Origin: Chiloscyllium plagiosum
Taxonomy: Eukaryota
DNA length: 60,697 bases
Assembly (NCBI RefSeq): GCF_004010195.1
Contig: NW_025215379.1
Location: forward strand, 215,804-276,500
Direction of reading: 5' to 3'
How positions within the stretch are numbered: the first letter of the stretch is position 1; each line of letters starts with the position of its first letter. Below the pieces are notes generated by a model. It was not told the DNA's origin. It ran no database searches and was given only the letters and a program-made list of their open reading frames with translations. Positions 1-13,392 of the stretch are shown here, piece after piece. The position numbers were made by a program, and so were the translations under genes.

Positions 1-276
1 AGGGGAAAGATATAAAAGAGACCTAAGGGGCAACTTTTTCACGCAGAGAGTGGTACATGTATGGAATTAACTGCTAGACCAAGTGGTGGAGGCTGGTACA
101 ATTGCAACATTTAAGAGGCATTTGGATGGGTATACGAATAGGAAGGGTTTGGAGGGATATGGGCCGGGTGCTGGCAGGTGGGACTAGATTGGGTTGGGAT
201 ATTTGGTCGGCATGGATGGGTTGGACTGAAGGATCTGTTTCCATGCTGTACATCTCTATGACTTTCTATGACTCTA
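1..276 (+). mobile_element. CR1/HER1 LINE 3' end
   Basis: 3' UTR closely matching 10230-10492; (TCTATGAC)n-like tail. Confidence 0.88.
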
Positions 277-3200
277 AATCCAAACCTCCCATCCCCTTCA
301 GAAGCTGCAATTTATCCACCTTAACAAGAGGCTGCCTATGATGCCAGATGAAAGATCCAAACCCACTGTAAAGCCTCCGTAATGTTTGCCTAGGCCGCAT
401 CAAAGGGAGCATTCCCATGGGATATAATAAACGAGGAAGAACATTAATTTTGACCAGAGCTATTCTACCCAACCAGGATATCGGAAGATCCTCCCAGCAC
501 CGAAGGTCCTGTGTTATCTTTTCTAGAAAGTACACAAAATTAGCTTTATACAATTGATCAAAGGCCGGAGTGATAAAAATGCCTACATACAGGAAACCTC
601 CCTGTGACTATCTGAAAGGGAAACGGGTTCCATCCCCAAGATCGGATATTCTCGTGAGGCCCCCCCATAGCATGGCCTCCGACTTCATAAAATTAATTTT
701 ATACCCTGAAAACCAACCAAATAGATTACTCACTTGTATTAAACAGGGTACAGGTGTCATCAGATCAGTTAAAAAGACAACATCATCCACGTAAAAGTTG
801 ATCTTATGCCTGCCTGACTCTACCTCCAGGGTAATTATGTAGGGAACCCTCCGGATAGCCTCTGCCAATGGCTCAATCACCGATGTAAATAATAACGGTG
901 AGCGAGGGCACCCTTGTCGGCTGCCTCTGCCGATACTAAAATTATCTGACTGCAAACCATTAGTGAGAACCACTGCTTTTGGGTCACTATATAACATTGC
1001 CAACCACCTGGCAAAAACCCCTCCAAGACCAGATTGTTCCCTAAAAGAGGTCCAGCCACTCCACCCGGTTAAAAGCTTTCTCTGCATCTAAGGAGACTAC
1101 GAAGCCTGGAATCAAATCTTGTTGGCATACCTGGACCATGTTTAATACTCTTCTAATATTATTGGTAGACCTATGACCCTTAATAAAACCTGTTTGGTCC
1201 TCCTTTACAATGAAGGGCAAAACCCTCTCCAACCTCAATGTCAGCATTTTCACCAGAATTTTAAAATCCACGTTCAGTGACGGTATGGGCCTGTATGAAG
1301 TGCAATCCTCTGGAGCTTTCCCTTGCTTGAGAATAAGAGATATATTTGCTTCTCTCAGAGAGGATGGGAGGCAGTCCTGACTGTATGAGTAGTTGTACAT
1401 ATCCAACAGTCGCTCGGCCAGCATGTCTATACACTCCTTATAAAACTCACTCTGAAATCTTTCGGGGCCGGGTGCTTTACCACTCTGGAGCTGCCTCACC
1501 GCCTCCTGTATTTCTTGGATTGTCAGAGGGGGCATTCAGAAAGGACGCCTGCTCTGAAGTTACACCTGGAAGGTCCAGGGTCTTAAAAAGGATGCCGTCT
1601 TCGCCAATCTGTCCTCACAGCCCTCCAACTGGTACAGCTCAAAGTAGAATTTCCTAAATGTTGAATTAATCTCTTTGATATCGCAAGTAAGAGTGCCAAC
1701 ACTCTCTCTGATGGATGTGATAGACTGGGGGGCATTCTTCTTTCTGGCCAGGTCCGCTAGATATCTACCTGGTTTATCACCAGACTCAAATAACCTCTGT
1801 TTCGCAAAGGAGATTTCCCTCTTTGCTGTCTGGGTGAGCGCAGCATTTAAAGTAGCCCTGAGGCTGTAGTCCACTGCAATTTTGTTACAAATGGTCTGTC
1901 AAAGTATGCTGTCTCAGCTGCCTTCAGGCAAGCCTCGAGCAAACACTGCTATTCTCCCCTCTGTTGTTTCTGGGTCGCCGGGTCAGAAATGGCTACGTTC
2001 CCTTTGCTGCAAGACAGCACCGAATTCAAAACACTCGATGGGGCAAAAAACATGTCAATCCTAGTATAGCACTTATCTGGATTAGAGAAGAAGTTGAAAT
2101 CCTTACCTTCAGGGTGAAGACATCTCCACACATCCACCAACCCCAGCTCCCTGTTCAGGTCCACCAAGTGCCTGGATTGTGGGGACATACTCGCGAGACC
2201 CCGAGGCATCCTGTCCACTTTGGGGTCAGTAAGTCAGTTAAAGCCTCCCCCATAATTGTATGACACGCCGCAAGGGCATCAACCCAGAAACCGCATCCGT
2301 TAAAAATTTAAGGGGGTGCACCGGGGGGCAGTATACCTTCAAAATCCCATACTCCCCTACCAGTATTAAAGCTTCAAGAATCATAAACCGCTCATATTCA
2401 TCCTTAATTTGGTCTAACAGTTGAAATGGGAGATTCTTTTGGATGAGTACAGCAACTCCTTTACTTTTCGAATTAAAGGATGAGAAAAACACCTGTCTGA
2501 ACGCTCCCTGCAGTAACTTCAAGTGCTCCTTATCGGTTAAATGTGTTGCTTGCAGCAAGGCTACATCGATCCTCTCTTTTCTAAGGCTTGAAAGTATCTT
2601 TTTTCTCTTAATTAGTGAATGACGCCCCTTAACATTTCAGGTGCACCATTTAAATGAATGGCCAGCCATTGCTGTCTGAGACAGTCTGTGACCCCCTGGG
2701 AGGAAGAACCCCAATCATAGTGCGCCAAGTGAAAACACCAAACAGTTCATATAAATTTAAATATACAACTACCAAAACTACCAAATCAAAACTTCTAACA
2801 ACTACTTCTACAACAGACCAACATATAACACAAATGAAAGTAAACTTTCCCCTTTGCCCACAGGGGGCGCTCATACTACCCACTAACCCCTCCATGGCTC
2901 TTTCTAGCTGAAATCATACCCCAGCACCAGACAACACAAAGTAAGAAAAAGTTACACCTATCTTATAACAAGAAAGTTAAAACTGGGCACTCAACCCTTC
3001 CCATCCATACTGTAACCCTAGGCACTCGTGGTGGAACAGAAATATATAAGCCCCTCCCGCCTCCCCCAGCCATACCCCCCAATCCCACACCAAGAGAGAA
3101 AAACAAAAGGAAATAATGAGATAAAAGAGTAACTGAAGGGGAGAAGGTAGAAGAGAGAGAAAAAGATAAAGAAACCAATTATGACCCCCACATATATTAA

Positions 3201-3502
3201 AAAAAACCCTGAAAACCAGGTAAACCAGACAAGTTACAGAGAAAAACAGAGTAAATAATTTTTGTTCATATTATTTGAGCCAACCAGTCTATTTTAAAAC
3301 ATCAAAATTAAACACGGACCCTCTGTGGCTGCAGCGTAATATTTCCAGATATCTTACAGAATACTGGATATTCAAGTCCCTCAGCCATCTTTTTACCTCA
3401 TCAAAGGACTTCCTCTTGTGAATCATGACCACTGAAAAGTCTTTGAAAAGCATAATTCATGATCCTTTGTATATCAGAGCGTGTGGATCCTTCCCCAGTG
3501 TT

Positions 3503-3825
3503 TTTTTTTAGATTACATTACAGTGTGGAAACAGGCCCTTCGGCCCAACAAGTCCACACCGACCCGCCGAAGCGAAACCCACCCATACCCCTACATTTAC
3601 CCCTTACCTAACACTATGGGCAATTTAGCATGGCCAATTCACCTGACCCTGCACATCTTTTGGACTGTGGGAGGAAACCGGAGCACCCGGAGGAAACCCA
3701 CGCAGACACGGGGAGAACGTGCAAACTCCACACAGTCAGTCGCCTGAGGCGGGAATTGAACCCGGGTCTCAAGCGCTGTGAGGCAGCAGTGCTAACCACT
3801 GTGCCACCGTGCCGCCCACCGTGCC
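3503..3825 (-). mobile_element. HE1-type tRNA-derived V-SINE inserted in L1 ORF1
   Basis: Head GGGCGGCACGGTGGCACAGTGGTTAGC, B box GGGTTCAATTCCC, V domain GGGTTTCCTCCGGGTGCTCCGGTTTCCTCCC; GTGTT TSD at 3498-3502 and 3826-3830. Confidence 0.9.
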
Positions 3826-4340
3826 GTGTTCTAGAGGCTTCCAACACCATTTGTTTATCTCTGTAGTACTGGAGTCGCACTAGGACCAGGTGGACGCGCT
3901 GGTCTGATCTGGGCCTGTGCACTGCGACCTGGTGGGCCTGCTCGATTCGCACCTGGCCTGCTTCAACTTCCAGCCTCAAAAACTGAGGGAGCCATTGCTC
4001 CAAGAAGCTGATGAGCTGGCCTTCTTCCTCCCATTCCGGCAGCCCCACCAGACTGATGTTCTTCCGATTACCTCGATTTTCAAGGTTGTCAACCTGCTCC
4101 TCCAAGGCCTGTACCTGCCGTTTCAGATACGGGACCCAACACGCCGAGGATTCTGCTGTGGTTTCAGAGGCCGAGGTCCACTGCTCCATCTCCACAATGC
4201 ATGCCTGAGATGCCAGATCTCCTGGTCATGCTTCTGCAGCATGACCAAGATCGGTTACAGCCTGGCCTGGGTCTTCTCCATCACTGAATCGATCTTCTCT
4301 TGGAATTTCACAAACTCCGAGATCAGGCTCTGCTCCATGT

Positions 4341-4668
4341 GGGGTGGCATGGTGGCTCAGTGATTAGCACTGCACCAGGGACCCAGTTCAATTCTAGCCT
4401 GAGGCGACTGTCTGTGTGTGGAGTTTACATATTCTGCCCGTATCTGCGTGGGATTCCTCTGGGTGCTCTGGTTTCCTCCCACAATCCAAAGATGTGCAGG
4501 TTAGGTGGATTGGACATGCTAAATTGCCCATAGTGCTCAGGAATGTGGAGGTTGGGTGCATTAGTCAGGGGTAAATATAGGATAGTACGGGAATGGGTCT
4601 GGTTGAGTTAAACTTTGGAGGGTTGGTATGGACTTGTTGGGCCAAATAGCCTGTTTCCACACTGTAGG
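4341..4668 (+). mobile_element. HE1-type SINE (older copy) inserted in L1 ORF1
   Basis: Same head, V domain and CTGTTTCCACACTGTAGG tail. Confidence 0.85.
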
Positions 4669-5775
4669 CATGCTACATAGAGGTAAGACCCTGGGGCGTT
4701 CATGGAGGCTGATGCCGCAGGCATGTCCATTATTACAGGGAAGTGCCCTGCTTGTTGCGATCCTCACGGTCCCTCCCTTTTGGTCATTCTCTAACTATTT
4801 TAAACTGACACTGAACAATTCTGGGGTGGAGAAAATAACAATTTCTACCACACTGGGTAATAAAGGAAGGGTGAGTGCACCACTTTGTCTGGGTTCTGGT
4901 GCGGAGTTCAGCAGGGCAGACTACTGGGTCGCTGCCATCTTGAATCCCCAAGAATCACTTCTTAAGAGTCAATTATCTCAGAGAGAGAGATAACATGAGG
5001 GAGAAAGGTCAGCTAATTTGTGTTAACCAATGTTTAGAGATTAGATGCCTAGTGTTCCAAACTACTCACAAGATGGCAAGCAAATTCTGAAATATCCATG
5101 TTCCAGTGTAGCATTAGCAAAGCAAAGAGAACACAAACGCTAGTGTTTAGGACACAGTTGTCTGTAACGCAAAATGGCAAGATAAGACAGGCACGATCCA
5201 TTTGAAGGAGAAGTGTTTGAAAATTGGTCAGCATCTATATCTATTCAACTGAGTTAAACACAGCAAAATCAAACATTGCTCCAAGTTAAGGTCCCATACT
5301 TTTAAGATCAGACCTCCGATGCTTTTCCTTCTTTGCAGCTCAGTCCAGTCTCTATTTCAACTCAGCTGTGTTGGTTATTTTGTGCATGTAGAGCTGTACT
5401 TAATATTTCTCAGGTCTCAACATTAGAATTCAGCAATTCACACATCACCACTTTCCTTTCAAAAGGTGACTATGATGCCTTTTATTCTGACTACTTCATG
5501 GATTCAATGGATGCCATGACTGTCTCAGTGATGCAGAATACACTCAAATCATGCTAATACTAAAATGGCCTAAGCAAGGGTCATCAGACCCAAAACATTC
5601 ACTCTGATTCCTCTTCAGAGAAGCTGCTGGACATATTGAGCTTTACCGTTTTTGTTTTAGAAGGATATGGGCCAGATGCTTGCAAATGGGACTGGATAAA
5701 TTCAGTACTTCAGATTGACAGGGACGAGTTGGACCAAAGGGACCGTTTCCATGTTGTTCAGCTCTATGACTCTAT

Positions 5776-6260
5776 GATGCTCCCTCCACCTCAGCACCGT
5801 TGCTGCAGACAGGAGCATGCCCTCTCTTCTGCTTCCTGTGGTCTATGACCAGCTTCTTTTTGCTGATGTTGATGTGGGGATTGTTATCTTTACATGATGC
5901 CAGGAAGCACTCGATCTCTGTCCTGTATTTTGTCTCATCATTGTTTGCAATCATCCATACAGTAGTGGTGACATCATCAAGGTTGCAAATGGAATTGAGG
6001 CTGAATTTGGTCACACAGTCATGAGTGTATAAGAGTATATTAGAGTTCTGAGTAGGCAGTCTTGTGGAGCATGGCGATGAAGATTATAATGGAAAAGATG
6101 TTGTGACCTGTTTGTACTGATTGTAGACTGTGGGTCAGGAAGTCAAGGATGGAGTTACAAAGGGGGGAGCAGGGTCCGGATCTTGGAGTTTAGAGGTGAG
6201 TTTGTTTGGAATTATGATATTCAAGTCAGAACTTTAGTCAATTAGTTGAAGTCTGACATT
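5776..6260 (-). mobile_element. Rex1/Babar LINE RT fragment
   Basis: DDVTTTVWMIANNDETKYRTEIE...CKDNN.HINISK..LVIDHRK...HAPV..NGAEVE resembles the Rex1 RT C-terminal region. Confidence 0.7.
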
Positions 6261-6289
6261 AGCATAAAGGAAATAGAGGATTCTGGGTA

Positions 6290-9200
6290 ATCTAAGATGG
6301 AGGACAGGAAAAACTTCGGGCTGTAAGAGTTGCTCTTTTTTTGAGGTTTTTTAGGGGCTGGAGGTGATTTCCTTGAATTCCAGGAACAGCACTTACTGTT
6401 TTATATGCTGTTGCATTGTTTTGGAACTTTGGGAAAAAAAAAGTCAAACCAACAGCAGTTTTAAAAGGGAGAAGAACAGTCAAAGGAAGCACATGGTGAG
6501 GTCAGTGCAGGAGAGAGGGAGAGAAAGAAACTGATACCAGAGTGAACTTGCACAGCACTGCCTTTGCTGTTTGAATTCATGTATTGCTGGACATCAGAGT
6601 GAATCTGGGAAAATTAACCAACAGTGAAATTCACAACTGGTCTTAGAGGAACTGTTTGGGTGAAGTTCAAAGCACAGAATCAGATAAGTTAGTTGTTTTA
6701 AGTGGCCCACAGAAAGTCTACAGTAGTGAGTAGAGTGGGTTCATTCTTGATTATATGTCTTTTGAGATATGTCTCTTGATTAAACTTAAAATATAAGCCG
6801 TAACTATTAATCTAACCTGGGGAAGTGTTTGTAGAGGAATAAGACTGTGTTATTTTCTGGGTCTGCAGATTGTGAAGGATCAAAAATGGCCTTTAGTAGA
6901 GTCATAGAGTCACAGAGATGTATAGCATGGAAACAGACCCTGCGGTCCAACCCGTCCATGCCGACCAGATATCCCAACCCAATCTAGTCCCACCTGTCAG
7001 CACCCAGCCCATATCCCTCCAAACCCTTCCTATTCATATACCTATCCAAATGCCTTTTAAATTTTGCAATTGTACCAGCCTCTACCACTTCCTCTGGCAG
7101 CTCATTCCATACATGTACCACCCTCCGTGAAAAAGTTGCCCCTTAGGTCTCTTTTATATCTTTCCCCTATCACCCTAAAACTATGCCCTCTAGTTCTGGA
7201 CTCCCCGACCCCAGGGAAAAGACTTTGTCTATTTATCCTATTCATGGCCCTCATGATTTTGTAAACCTCTATAAGGTCACCCCTCAGCCTCTGACGGTCC
7301 AGGGAAAACAGCCCCAGCCTAGCCTCTGACGGTCCAGGGAAAACAGCCCCAGCCTGTTCAGCCTCTCCCTATACCTCAACTCTTCCAACCCTGGCAACAT
7401 CCTTGTAAATGTTTTCTGAACCCTTGCAAGTTTCATAATCTTTCCGATAGGAAGGAGAGCAGAATTGCACGCAATATTCCAATAGTAGTCCAACCAATGT
7501 CCTGTGCAGCCGCAACATGACCTCCCAACTCCTGTACGTAATACTCTTATATGTGCTTCTTATCAGATGTGGGAGATTAAAGAGATTTTATGGGTTACTG
7601 TGGATTATATCTGCAATAAATGCTGTTGGTTGCGAATCTTATCAGATTGAATGGATCGGTTGGACAGACAGTTAGAAGCAATGAGGAACTTGCAACAGCA
7701 ACAGTATATGATGGATGACAGATAAAGGAAGGGGGGAAAGTCTCAGACACAGTCACATAAATGGGTTAACTCCAGGAAAGGTAAGAGAGGTAGGTACCTA
7801 ATGCTGGTGTGTTCTGTGGCTATACTCATTTCAAACACATATGCTGTTTTCAAAAATATAGGGGGTGATGGATTCTCAGGGGAACGTAGCATGAACAGCC
7901 AAGATTCTGGTATTGAGACTGACTCTAATGCAATGAAGGATACGTCGGGTTCCAAGAGATCAATTGTGTTAGGGGATAGTCTATTCTGAGGTAGACAGAC
8001 TTTTCTGTGGCCAGCAACGAAAAATCAGAATAGTGTGTTGCTTCCCTGATGCCAGGATCAAGGATGTCTCAGAGAGTGTGCAGAATGTTCTCAAGGGGGA
8101 GAGGGGCCAGCAAGAGGTCATTGTCCACATTAGAACCAACGATATAGGAAGGGAAAAGGTTGAGATTCTGAAGGGAGATTACAGAGAGTTAGGCAGGAAT
8201 TTAAAAAGGAGGGCCTCAAAAGTAGTAACATCTGGATTACTCCCAGTGTTACGAGCTAGTGAGGGCAGGAATAGGAGGATAGAGCAGAAGAATGCATGGC
8301 TGAAGAGCTGGTGCATGGGAGAAGGATTCACATTTTTGGCTAATTTTGACGGTATTAGGCAAGAACTTTCAAAAGCTGATTGGAGGCAGATGTTCGCAGG
8401 TAAAAGTACGGCTGAAAATGGGAAGCCTTCAGGAATGAGATAAGGAGAATCCAGAGAAGGTATATTCCTGTTAGGGTAAAAGGGAAGGCTGGTAGGTATA
8501 GTGAATGCTGGATGACTAAAGAAATTGAGGTTTTGGTTAAGAGAAAGAAGGAAGCGTATGTCAGGTATAGACAGGATAGATCGAGTGAATCCTTAGAAGA
8601 GTATAAAGACCGTAGGAGTATACTTAAGAGGGAAATCAGGAGGGCAAAACGGGGACATGAGATAGCTTTGGCAAATAGAATTAAGGAGAATCCAAAGTGT
8701 TTTTACAAAAACATTAAGGACAAAAGGGTAACTAGGGAGAGAATAAGGCCCCTTAAAGATCAGTAAGGTGGCCTTTGTGTGGAGCTGCAGAAAATGGGAG
8801 AGATACTAAACAAGTATTTTGCATCAGTATTTATTGTGGAAAAGGATATGGAAGATATAGAATGTAGGGAAAAGATAGTGACACCTTGCAAAATGTCCAT
8901 ATTACAGAGGAGGAAGTGCTGGATGTCTTGAAATGCACAAAGGTGGATATATCCCCAGGACCTGATCAGGTGTACCCGAGAACTCTGTGGGAAGCTAGAG
9001 AGGTGATTGCTGGGCCTCTTGCTGAGATATTTGTATCATCAATAGTCACAGGTGAGGTGTGGAAGACTGGAGGTTGGCAAACGTGGTGCCACTGTTTAAG
9101 AAGGGTGGTAAGGACAAGCCAGGGAACTACAGATCAGTGAGCCTGACCTCGGTGGTGGGCAAGTTGTTGGAGGGAATCCTGAGGAACAGGATGTACATGT

Positions 9201-10492
9201 ATTTGGAAAGGCAAGGACTGATTCGGGATAGTCAACATGGCTTTGTGCGTGGGAAATCATGGTCTCGCAAACTTGATTGAGTTTTTTGAAGAAGTAACAA
9301 AGAAGATGAGGGCAGAGCGGTAGATGTGATCTATATGGACTTCAGTAAGGCATTTGACAAGGCTCCCCCTGGGTGACTAGTTAGCAAGGTTAGATCTCAT
9401 GGAATACAGAGAGAACTAGCTATTTGGATACAGAACTGGGTCAAAGGTAGAAGATAGAGGATGGTGGTGGAGGGTTGTTTTTCAGACTGGACGCCTGTGA
9501 CCAGTGGAGTGCCACAAGGATCGGTGCTGGGCCCTCTATTTTTTGTTATTTACTTAAATGATTTGGATGCGAGCATAAGAGGTACAGTTAGTAAGTTTGC
9601 AGATGACACCAAAATTGGAGGTGTAGTGGACAGTGAAGAAGGTTACCCCAGATTACAACAGCATCTTGACCAGATGTGCAGATGGAGGTTAATTCAGATA
9701 AATGCGAGGTGCTGCATTTTGGGAAAGCAAATCTTAGCAGGACTTATACAGTTAATGGTAAGGTCCTAGGGAGTGTTGCTGAACAAAGAGAATTTGGAGT
9801 GCAGGTTCATAGCTCCTTGAAAGTGGAGTCACAGGTAGTCAGGATAGTGAAGAAGGTGTTTGGTATGCTTTCTTCTATTGGTCAGAGTATTTAGCACAGG
9901 AGTTGGGAGGTCATGTTGCAGCTGTACAGGACATTGGTTAGGCCACTGTTGGAATATTGCGTGCAATTCTGGTCTCTTTCCTATTGGTAAGATGTTGTGA
10001 AACTTGAAATGGTTCAGAAAAGATTTACAAGGTTGTTGCCAGAGTTGGAGAATTTGAGCTATAGGGAGAGGCTGTACAGGCTGGGACTGTTATCCCTGGA
10101 GCATCTGAGGTTGAGGGGTGATCTCATAGAGGTTTACAAAATCATGAGGGCCATGGATAGGATAAATAGTCAAAGTCTTTTCCCTGGAGTTGGTGAGTGC
10201 AGAACTAGTGGGCCAAGGTTTAGGGTGAGGGGGGAAAAAGATATAAAAGAGACCTAAGGGGCAACTTTTTCACAGAGGGTATGTGTATAGAATGAGCTGC
10301 CAGAGGAAATGGTGGAGGCTGGTACAATTGCAACATTTAAGAGGCATTTGGATGGGTATATGAATAGGAAGGGTTTGGAGGGATATGGGCCGGGTGCTGG
10401 CAGGTGGGACTAGATTGGGTTGGGATATCTGGTCGGCATGGACGGGTTGGATCAAAGGATCTGTTTCTGTGCTGTACATCTCTATGACTCTC
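6290..10492 (+). mobile_element. Near full-length CR1/HER1 LINE with ORF1 (Zn-finger + SGNH esterase), internal deletion of the endonuclease, decayed RT and 3' tail; 5' boundary approximate
   Basis: ORF1 motifs QMWE, YICNKC, IVLGDS, CCFPDARIKD, VHIRTND; ORF2 [30 protein letters not shown]; tail CTCTATGACTCT. Confidence 0.88.
6897..7546 (-). mobile_element. 5'-truncated CR1 3' fragment inserted antisense into CR1 ORF1
   Basis: Reverse complement of ~9880-10492; contains a 35-bp tandem duplication at 7286-7355. Confidence 0.85.
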
Positions 10493-11644
10493 TGACAGAA
10501 GGTATCGTTAACATTAGTGAACCTGTGGCTGGGTGTTGTGGTATTCGTACATCAAGAAAGACATCAGGCAAAGTCCAGTCTGATTTCTTGTATGTTGAAG
10601 ACTTATTTAACTACTTATCAGTTGGCTTTGCAATGTGATTGTCGTACGGAAACTTCCTGAACACTTAGATCCAGGAAGATGTTAACCTGTTGGCATGCTA
10701 CCGATATCATCCTTTTCTCATCTGTCTTGATTAACTTTTGATGAAACTGCATCAAAACATTGGTCACCTTCTGTGTAATTCAATTGATTTGTATGTGAGT
10801 TTTTTTTTAAATTATAACTTTCATCCTTTTGGTCTCTTATCATTAGTAATCCATCTGCAGATGTGCTGTATGATTAATCCACAAGAAAACCTTGTTGCAA
10901 TCAACCAATGTGCTGGGTGAAGAAAGAAGTACCTCTCACCTCACCTGGGAGCTTTACAGTTTGGAGCATCACATCAGGAATCATAAACAATTGGTGATAC
11001 CTGCCCCATATCTGATCGGAATAGCTAACACAATACTAGCAATGAAATTGTTTGAAGAATATCAAGGATTGATGATGTCTCATTTTCACAAAATTTCAAG
11101 ATGATTCGTTGTCTTCAGGTTTAATCGATATGTCTAATTAGAACACTTCCATTATTTCATCCCACCAGAACGTATTGCTTGGATCACACATGTTCTGGCA
11201 CAAAGCAATTTTTTTTGTTGTATTCAGATATGCAAATAATTTCTGCAAAACCCAGAGTTGTTACATCAGAAAGTTATATTCTGCCTTCAGTCAAAATTAT
11301 GCAGCCAATTCTTGAAATGCACTGGTTATTTTCTTACCGAAAATGGAAGAGCATAGTATTGACGTGTTTTGGAAATTAGTTAGGAAATGTAAAACTGCAG
11401 GGATATAGGATGCATGTATGGTATGCACATTGACAGGAGGAATGAAAGTTGAATATTTTTAAAATGGGGAAACACTGCAGAAAGCAATCACACAAAGGGA
11501 TTTGGCAGGCCTCATGCAAGAAACACGAAAAAAAACTAACATCCAAGTTTAATAAGTAAAAGGTAAGATAAATGGAATGGTTTCCTTTATTTCAAAGGGA
11601 ATGAAAGCTATAAGTGGGGAAGTCTTGCTAAAAGGATACTTCTT

Positions 11645-12000
11645 CATTAGCAGTTCCGGAGAGTCGAGGATGATTTGCTTCCACTCTGTCGTAGGGGGGC
11701 ATGAGTGGTGATCCATTGTGTTGAAGAATCCAATTCTGGAGCCACAGATTTTGTCCCAAGTGGGGCACATGGTGTTTGATGAGGCAGGTCACTGTGATGC
11801 TCTGGATTCTGCACACTCTTCCTGCTACTTGTGTTCTACTTGGTGATGCTCAAGGTGTTTTATATGTTCACAGATGCCGCTTAGCTAGTTTGCACACTCT
11901 AGGACAAGCAATATGCCCCCCGATGGTGGAGATATTGCATTCATTTAGAAAAGCTTGTGGTGTTTCCTCTGGCTTCCTAACGATGACTAACCTTTATAGA
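11645..12000 (-). mobile_element. RTE (BovB-like) LINE 3' fragment
   Basis: C-terminal CPTWDKICGSRIGF resembles the RTE CxxC..SRIGL motif. Confidence 0.55.
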
Positions 12001-13126
12001 ACTCAGTATATGGCAAAATATACAAGGCACAAATCAGACAACTGGAACACAGTAAGTTTTGGTTCTCTTATCTAAGGAAATATATACTGGTACCAGAGAA
12101 GGTTCATGTGGCTGATCCCAGGTATTTGGTGGGGGGGAAAGAAAGGGGTGAGAGAGAGAAGGGGGAAAACGAGTAAGAGAAGAGAAAGGGGGTGGGGGGA
12201 AGAAAGAATTTCCTTTGAGGTTGAGCTTGTACTTATTAGACGAATAAGAGGTGACCATATTGAAACATACGAGATTCTTACAGGACTTGACAGGGTAGTT
12301 TGGAAAGCTTCTTTCCCCTTGTGGGAGAACCTAAGACCAGCAGCCATAATCTTAGAGCCAGCGGTCACCCATTTTAGATAGACACACAAGAGGAACTTAT
12401 TTTTCTTGGGATTATGATCTGTGGAATGATTTACTATAGAAAGCCATCAAAGCTCAATCAAAATATATTCAAGGAGGAGAGAAACAGGTTTTTAGTGAGG
12501 GAGTCAAGGACTCTGAGGGTAAGGTAGGTAAGTGGAGTTGAGGACTATCAGGTCAACCGTGATATCATAGAGTGTCAGAGCTGACTCGATGGAGCTGAAT
12601 AACACTTCTGTTCCTACGTCTTATAGTGTTAAAATGAAAGAATGAGAAGAACAAGCTAAATCCTGATTATAATATGCAAGTAAATATTCCACAACAAATG
12701 TAATATGCGCTATAGTGCCCAGAAATTCTGAATTAGCCTCATCAGCTATCTTCATATTCATGGAAAACATTCATCGTGTGAGAGAGACATCCAATAATTA
12801 TAAATCTAACAATATCTGAGCGTCATCTTAAGGAAATATGTAATGATATCAGGCCACAAGATCTGATAGCAAGATTTAGATCATGTTTCCTTCTATGCAA
12901 TGCTTATTATAATAATGTTGAATTGGCATTAACCTCTGTTCAGCCCCCATTTGGCTCAAGGCCTCACAATAGGCCCACAAATATAATTTTCTCCCCTCAG
13001 CCATAACCAGTTTAGCAGAAGATACAATCAATTAATTCTAATATTTATCTATCATTGCATATTTACATATATATAAATCGCAAGAAATGTTTTTAAAAAA
13101 ACACATACAAATAATTAATTAAAATT

Positions 13127-13392
13127 CATTCACAGGATGAGGACAATTAAGAGTCAACCACATTGCTGTGGATTTGGTGTCACATGTCGGCCAGACCAGG
13201 TAAGGATGGCAGATTTCCTTGCCTAAAGGACCAGATTGGTTTTTCTGACAGAAATACAATGGATTTTTTGGTAATAATTATACTCTTAATTCCAGATTTA
13301 AAAAAAATTGAATTTCACCATCTGCTATGACAGGATTTGAACCAAGGTCCCCAGAACATTACTCTGGAATAACAGTAGGCCATCATCTCTCC
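13127..13392 (-). mobile_element. tRNA-derived SINE (SacSINE1/Deu-like family); further copies ~17010-17272, 26870-27180, 38018-38310, 58975-59310
   Basis: Shared core AGAGTCAACCACATTGCTGTGG..GTCACATG..CCAGACCAGGTAAGGATGGCAG; minus-strand B-box-like GGTTCAAATCC; family name from memory. Confidence 0.65.

Larger units (their letters stand above)
277..4949 (-). mobile_element. Decayed L1-clade LINE (5'UTR, ORF1 ~4787-3271, spacer, ORF2 EN+RT from 2669), 3' truncated
   Basis: ORF1 LENRGNRKNISLVGLPE; EN LQATHL, YTRIDMFF; RT SLDAEKAF, RQGCPRSPLLF, YVDD; many stops and frameshifts. Confidence 0.9.

Noticed and set aside
3700..3820. tRNA genes at the SINE heads (also 27616, 57620-57699, 50550-50630)
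   Set aside because: A/B boxes run on into SINE bodies and tails; no complete cloverleaf was seen.
10495..11400. Possible decayed DNA-transposase (Harbinger-like) remnant
   Set aside because: Only a vague WW-containing resemblance; no TIRs or catalytic motifs could be supported.
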